From a virus (lineage: Duplodnaviria; Caudoviricetes), in the IMG/VR virus record IMGVR_UViG_3300027790_000040, positions 1-44,356 of that record: a stretch of DNA of 44,356 nucleotides; one strand, written 5' to 3'. A model generated the notes under the pieces. That model was given only the letters and a program-made list of their open reading frames with translations, ran no database searches and had not been told where the DNA came from. This document shows positions 42,676-44,356 of the stretch, one piece after another (position 1 is the first letter of the stretch; each line of letters opens with the position of its first letter). The position numbers and the translations under genes were made by a program.

Positions 42676-43019
42676 GCGATTCCGAGCAATTTCACCGGGG
42701 CGTCGAGATCGCCGTTCGGGTGATTGAAAAGTTCCTACGCGACGAGGATATGTGGCACGACTCTCTGCACCCGCAAGCACCCGCGCTCGCCTGCCTGCGT
42801 AGAGCGCTTGCCGAGATTGCAAAACTCCCGGCCATGATCGCCGATCTCGACCGGCTGCGGGAGGCGTTGGAGGGTGTGGAGTGGATTGCCACGACCGTTG
42901 TGAGTGGGCGTATCGTCGGGGCCTGCCCCGAGTGCGGCACCACGAAACGCGGTCCACATGAGATGCGCTGTGCGCTCGGCCGCGCCCTCGACCGCCCCGA
43001 GTGCGGGGGTGCGTCGTGA
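42672..43019 (+). CDS. Hypothetical protein with CxxC-H-C module
   Basis: DRLREALEGVEW...CPEC...HEMRCALGRALDRPECGG. Confidence 0.72.
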   Translation: MSDSEQFHRGVEIAVRVIEKFLRDEDMWHDSLHPQAPALACLRRALAEIAKLPAMIADLDRLREALEGVEWIATTVVSGRIVGACPECGTTKRGPHEMRCALGRALDRPECGGAS

Positions 43020-43240
43020 AGGGTCCACACGTCCTCGTGCATCGCGATCTCCTGGACCAACTCACCGCCGAGCGCGACCGGCTGCGGGAGGCGTTGGAGG
43101 CCGCCGAGTGGAGTGGCCGGACTGGCTATTCTTGCTCGGCCTGCAATGCACATCTCAAGGTTGACGACTCGGGAGTGCATTACCCGGACTGCATCGTCGG
43201 CCGCGCCCTCGGCCGCCCCGAGTGCGGGGGTGGGGCTTGA
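43016..43240 (+). CDS. Hypothetical protein with CxxC-H-C module
   Basis: ERDRLREALEAAEW...CSAC...HYPDCIVGRALGRPECGG. Confidence 0.72.
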   Translation: MKGPHVLVHRDLLDQLTAERDRLREALEAAEWSGRTGYSCSACNAHLKVDDSGVHYPDCIVGRALGRPECGGGA

Positions 43241-43476
43241 GCGGCGACTCAGAGCGGAAGGCTGTCCCCCCGATGGTCGTGCAGTGCGAGTTGCACCCGG
43301 TGCTGCTCTCCATGGACGATTCGACCGGGATCATCGAGATCCCTCCTGGGGAGGCTGCGTTCGTCATGTCTCGGGACAAAGACGGAACCGTTCGCGTGCT
43401 CGCCGACGGTGTCTACTCGACCTTCGTTCAGCCCGAGAAGCGTCGGAATGGCGCCCGATGCGATGGCGACCGATGA
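43237..43476 (+). CDS. Hypothetical protein
   Basis: TTGA-coupled start after the shared linker; alternative ATG at 43273. Confidence 0.6.
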   Translation: MSGDSERKAVPPMVVQCELHPVLLSMDDSTGIIEIPPGEAAFVMSRDKDGTVRVLADGVYSTFVQPEKRRNGARCDGDR

Positions 43477-43727
43477 CCGCCCGCGAAGACCGCCTGCGCC
43501 CCGACCGCGAGCTGGCGCTGCTGCAGTGCCTCAACCGCGGCAGCGCGCGACTGCCGGCACTCCACGAAGCGGCCACCGCCGTCGATCCCCGCGCCACCCG
43601 CGCCAAGGTCCGCGCTGACCTCCGCGGGCTCGTCGAGCGCGGCGCCGTCGACACCATCGGCGACCGCTGGGCCATCGCCAGCGAGCTGGGGCTACGGCCT
43701 GGGCAGCCGGGCGAGGGTTTGCCCTGA
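43473..43727 (+). CDS. Winged-helix-like DNA-binding protein
   Basis: LALLQCL...LPALHEA...TRAKVRADLRGLVERGAVDTIGDRWAI. Confidence 0.6.
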   Translation: MTAREDRLRPDRELALLQCLNRGSARLPALHEAATAVDPRATRAKVRADLRGLVERGAVDTIGDRWAIASELGLRPGQPGEGLP

Positions 43728-43870
43728 GAGCAACGGATTGCCGTTGCGCGCCCGCCACCGCGCCGGCAGAATCCACCCATCGCGGTCGCCCGCCTACGTC
43801 CCTCCCGGGTCACACTGCGGCTGCGATTGGGCAGGGAGCGCGTTCCCACGGGTTTTGACCGGCCCGCCCA

Positions 43871-43916
43871 CGAGGCCAGCCTGAGCACCGCCCAGCTAGG
43901 CTGGCCTCGACTTTTT
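43871..43916 (+). terminator. Intrinsic terminator of the early operon
   Basis: 12-bp stem CGAGGCCAGCCT/AGGCTGGCCTCG followed by ACTTTTT. Confidence 0.7.
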
Positions 43917-43923
43917 CCGACCC

Positions 43924-43951
43924 TTGACGCTGCCGGCCCGTTGCCTACAAC
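43924..43951 (+). promoter_or_regulatory. Putative sigma70-type promoter for the tRNA-like pair
   Basis: TTGACG-N16-TACAAC between a terminator and the first RNA gene; a CCGTTG/CAACGG palindrome overlaps the -10. Confidence 0.55.
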
Positions 43952-43969
43952 GGACACCATGCATTGCAC

Positions 43970-44041
43970 GGCGCGTTGGTGAAACGATCACGCCCGGGCC
44001 TAGCCCGGGAGTTCCATCTGCAACTGGTGGACGCGCCACCA
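43970..44041 (+). tRNA. Non-canonical tRNA-like gene with CUA (amber) at the anticodon position
   Basis: Acceptor GGCGCGT/ACGCGCC-A-CCA; D stem GTGA/TCAC with 5-nt loop; anticodon stem CCCGG/CCGGG with loop GC-CTA-GC; T stem CCATC/GGTGG with loop TGCAACT. Confidence 0.8.
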
Positions 44042-44044
44042 CCT

Positions 44045-44116
44045 GCATCGCCTCTGGTTGTGACCTCGGCGTAATGACCCGAGGAACAGAGGGTTCGACT
44101 CCCTCGCGATGCTCCA
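44045..44116 (+). ncRNA. D-stem-less tRNA-like RNA (resembles the tmRNA tRNA-like domain)
   Basis: Acceptor GCATCGC/GCGATGC-T-CCA; unpaired 12-nt D region CTCTGGTTGTGA; stem CCTCGG/CCGAGG with 9-nt loop; canonical T arm GAGGG-TTCGACT-CCCTC. Confidence 0.8.
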
Positions 44117-44119
44117 CAC

Positions 44120-44155
44120 AAGCCCCCGGAGGCCACCTGGCCACGGGGGCTTTTT
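44120..44155 (+). terminator. Intrinsic terminator after the tRNA-like pair
   Basis: AAGCCCCCG/CGGGGGCTT stem extended by GGCCA/TGGCC, then T5. Confidence 0.8.
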
Positions 44156-44172
44156 CGTGCCCGGACAGAACC

Positions 44173-44356
44173 ATGACCGACCCAAAGACCACCCTAAAGG
44201 CCACGCCGCGACCCCGCTTCGAGGAACTGCGCGTCAAGGTCCGATCCCTCGCGGAAGAAGCCCGGATCATCCGGCACGAGGAACTGCGCGCCAAACGGCG
44301 AGGAGCCCACGCGATCCGCGAACGGCTCTACCTCCACCGCATTCACGTCGTCCGCT
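44173..44356 (+). CDS. Hypothetical phage protein, 5' part (continues across the circular join to the stop at 376)
   Basis: ATG at 44173; MTDPKTTLKATPRPRFEELRVKVRSLAEEARIIRHEE... stays in frame through the overlap into ORF 131..376. Confidence 0.8.
   Translation, partial: MTDPKTTLKATPRPRFEELRVKVRSLAEEARIIRHEELRAKRRGAHAIRERLYLHRIHVVR
44231..44356 (+). repeat. 126-bp terminal direct repeat, copy 2
   Basis: Identical to 6-131. Confidence 0.95.

Larger units (their letters stand above)
40311..43242 (+). repeat. Dispersed gene-junction repeat family GGGGGTG(C/G)G(C/T)(G/CG)NTGA
   Basis: Copies near 40311, 40954, 41223, 41571, 42107, 42653, 42997 and 43218. 42107-42134 equals 42653-42680 (28 bp); 42076-42123 versus 43187-43234 is 46/48 identical. 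Confidence 0.88.
1..44356. mobile_element. Complete tailed phage genome (BPP-1/T7-like podovirus morphogenesis module), circular assembly
   Basis: The terminase, portal, scaffold, capsid, adaptor, nozzle and internal virion genes lie in podoviral order. There is a terminal overlap and no host housekeeping gene. Confidence 0.95.

Noticed and set aside
43940-43957. Sixth operator copy at the tRNA-like promoter
   Set aside because: GTTGC-N8-GACAC has two mismatches in the right half, too weak to call.
43970-44041. Pyrrolysine tRNA (pylT)
   Set aside because: It has an A73 discriminator, 2 nt between the acceptor and D stems, a 4-nt variable loop and a non-Pyl anticodon loop; no pyl genes are present.
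43970-44116. attP site made of tRNA 3' fragments
   Set aside because: Both RNAs have matching 5' and 3' acceptor strands and their own promoter and terminator candidates, and no integrase is recognisable.

Overview
This window is an apparently complete, circularly assembled genome of a high-GC dsDNA tailed phage. Bases 6-131 are identical to 44231-44356, giving a unit length of about 44.2 kb, and one gene runs across the join. The minus arm (38135 to 4193) is a late operon with the gene order and motifs of BPP-1/T7-like podoviruses. In order it encodes a secreted protein, a PKD protein, TerS, TerL, a GNAT, the portal, a tail fibre, a beta-helix spike, holin- and lipoprotein-like genes, the scaffold, the major capsid, two cement paralogues, the tail adaptor (fused to an SGNH esterase), an enlarged nozzle and three internal virion proteins, the largest carrying ART-PolyVal and HExxH domains. 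The plus arm holds many small early genes joined by repeated linker sequences, an XRE HTH regulator, YqaJ/RecT recombination genes and a PD-(D/E)XK nuclease. I recognise no integrase, DNA polymerase, helicase, primase or endolysin. The most unusual element is a stand-alone unit at 43924-44155: promoter, two 72-nt non-canonical tRNA-like genes with encoded CCA, and terminator. One RNA has CUA at the anticodon position; the other lacks a D-stem and resembles the tRNA-like domain of tmRNA. Other notable signals are a shared GTTGC-N8-GCAAC operator, a Pho-box-like array, a mosaic of phased repeats at the divergence point and a multi-stem RNA-like element. All product calls come from reading motifs and gene order by eye; no database search was run.
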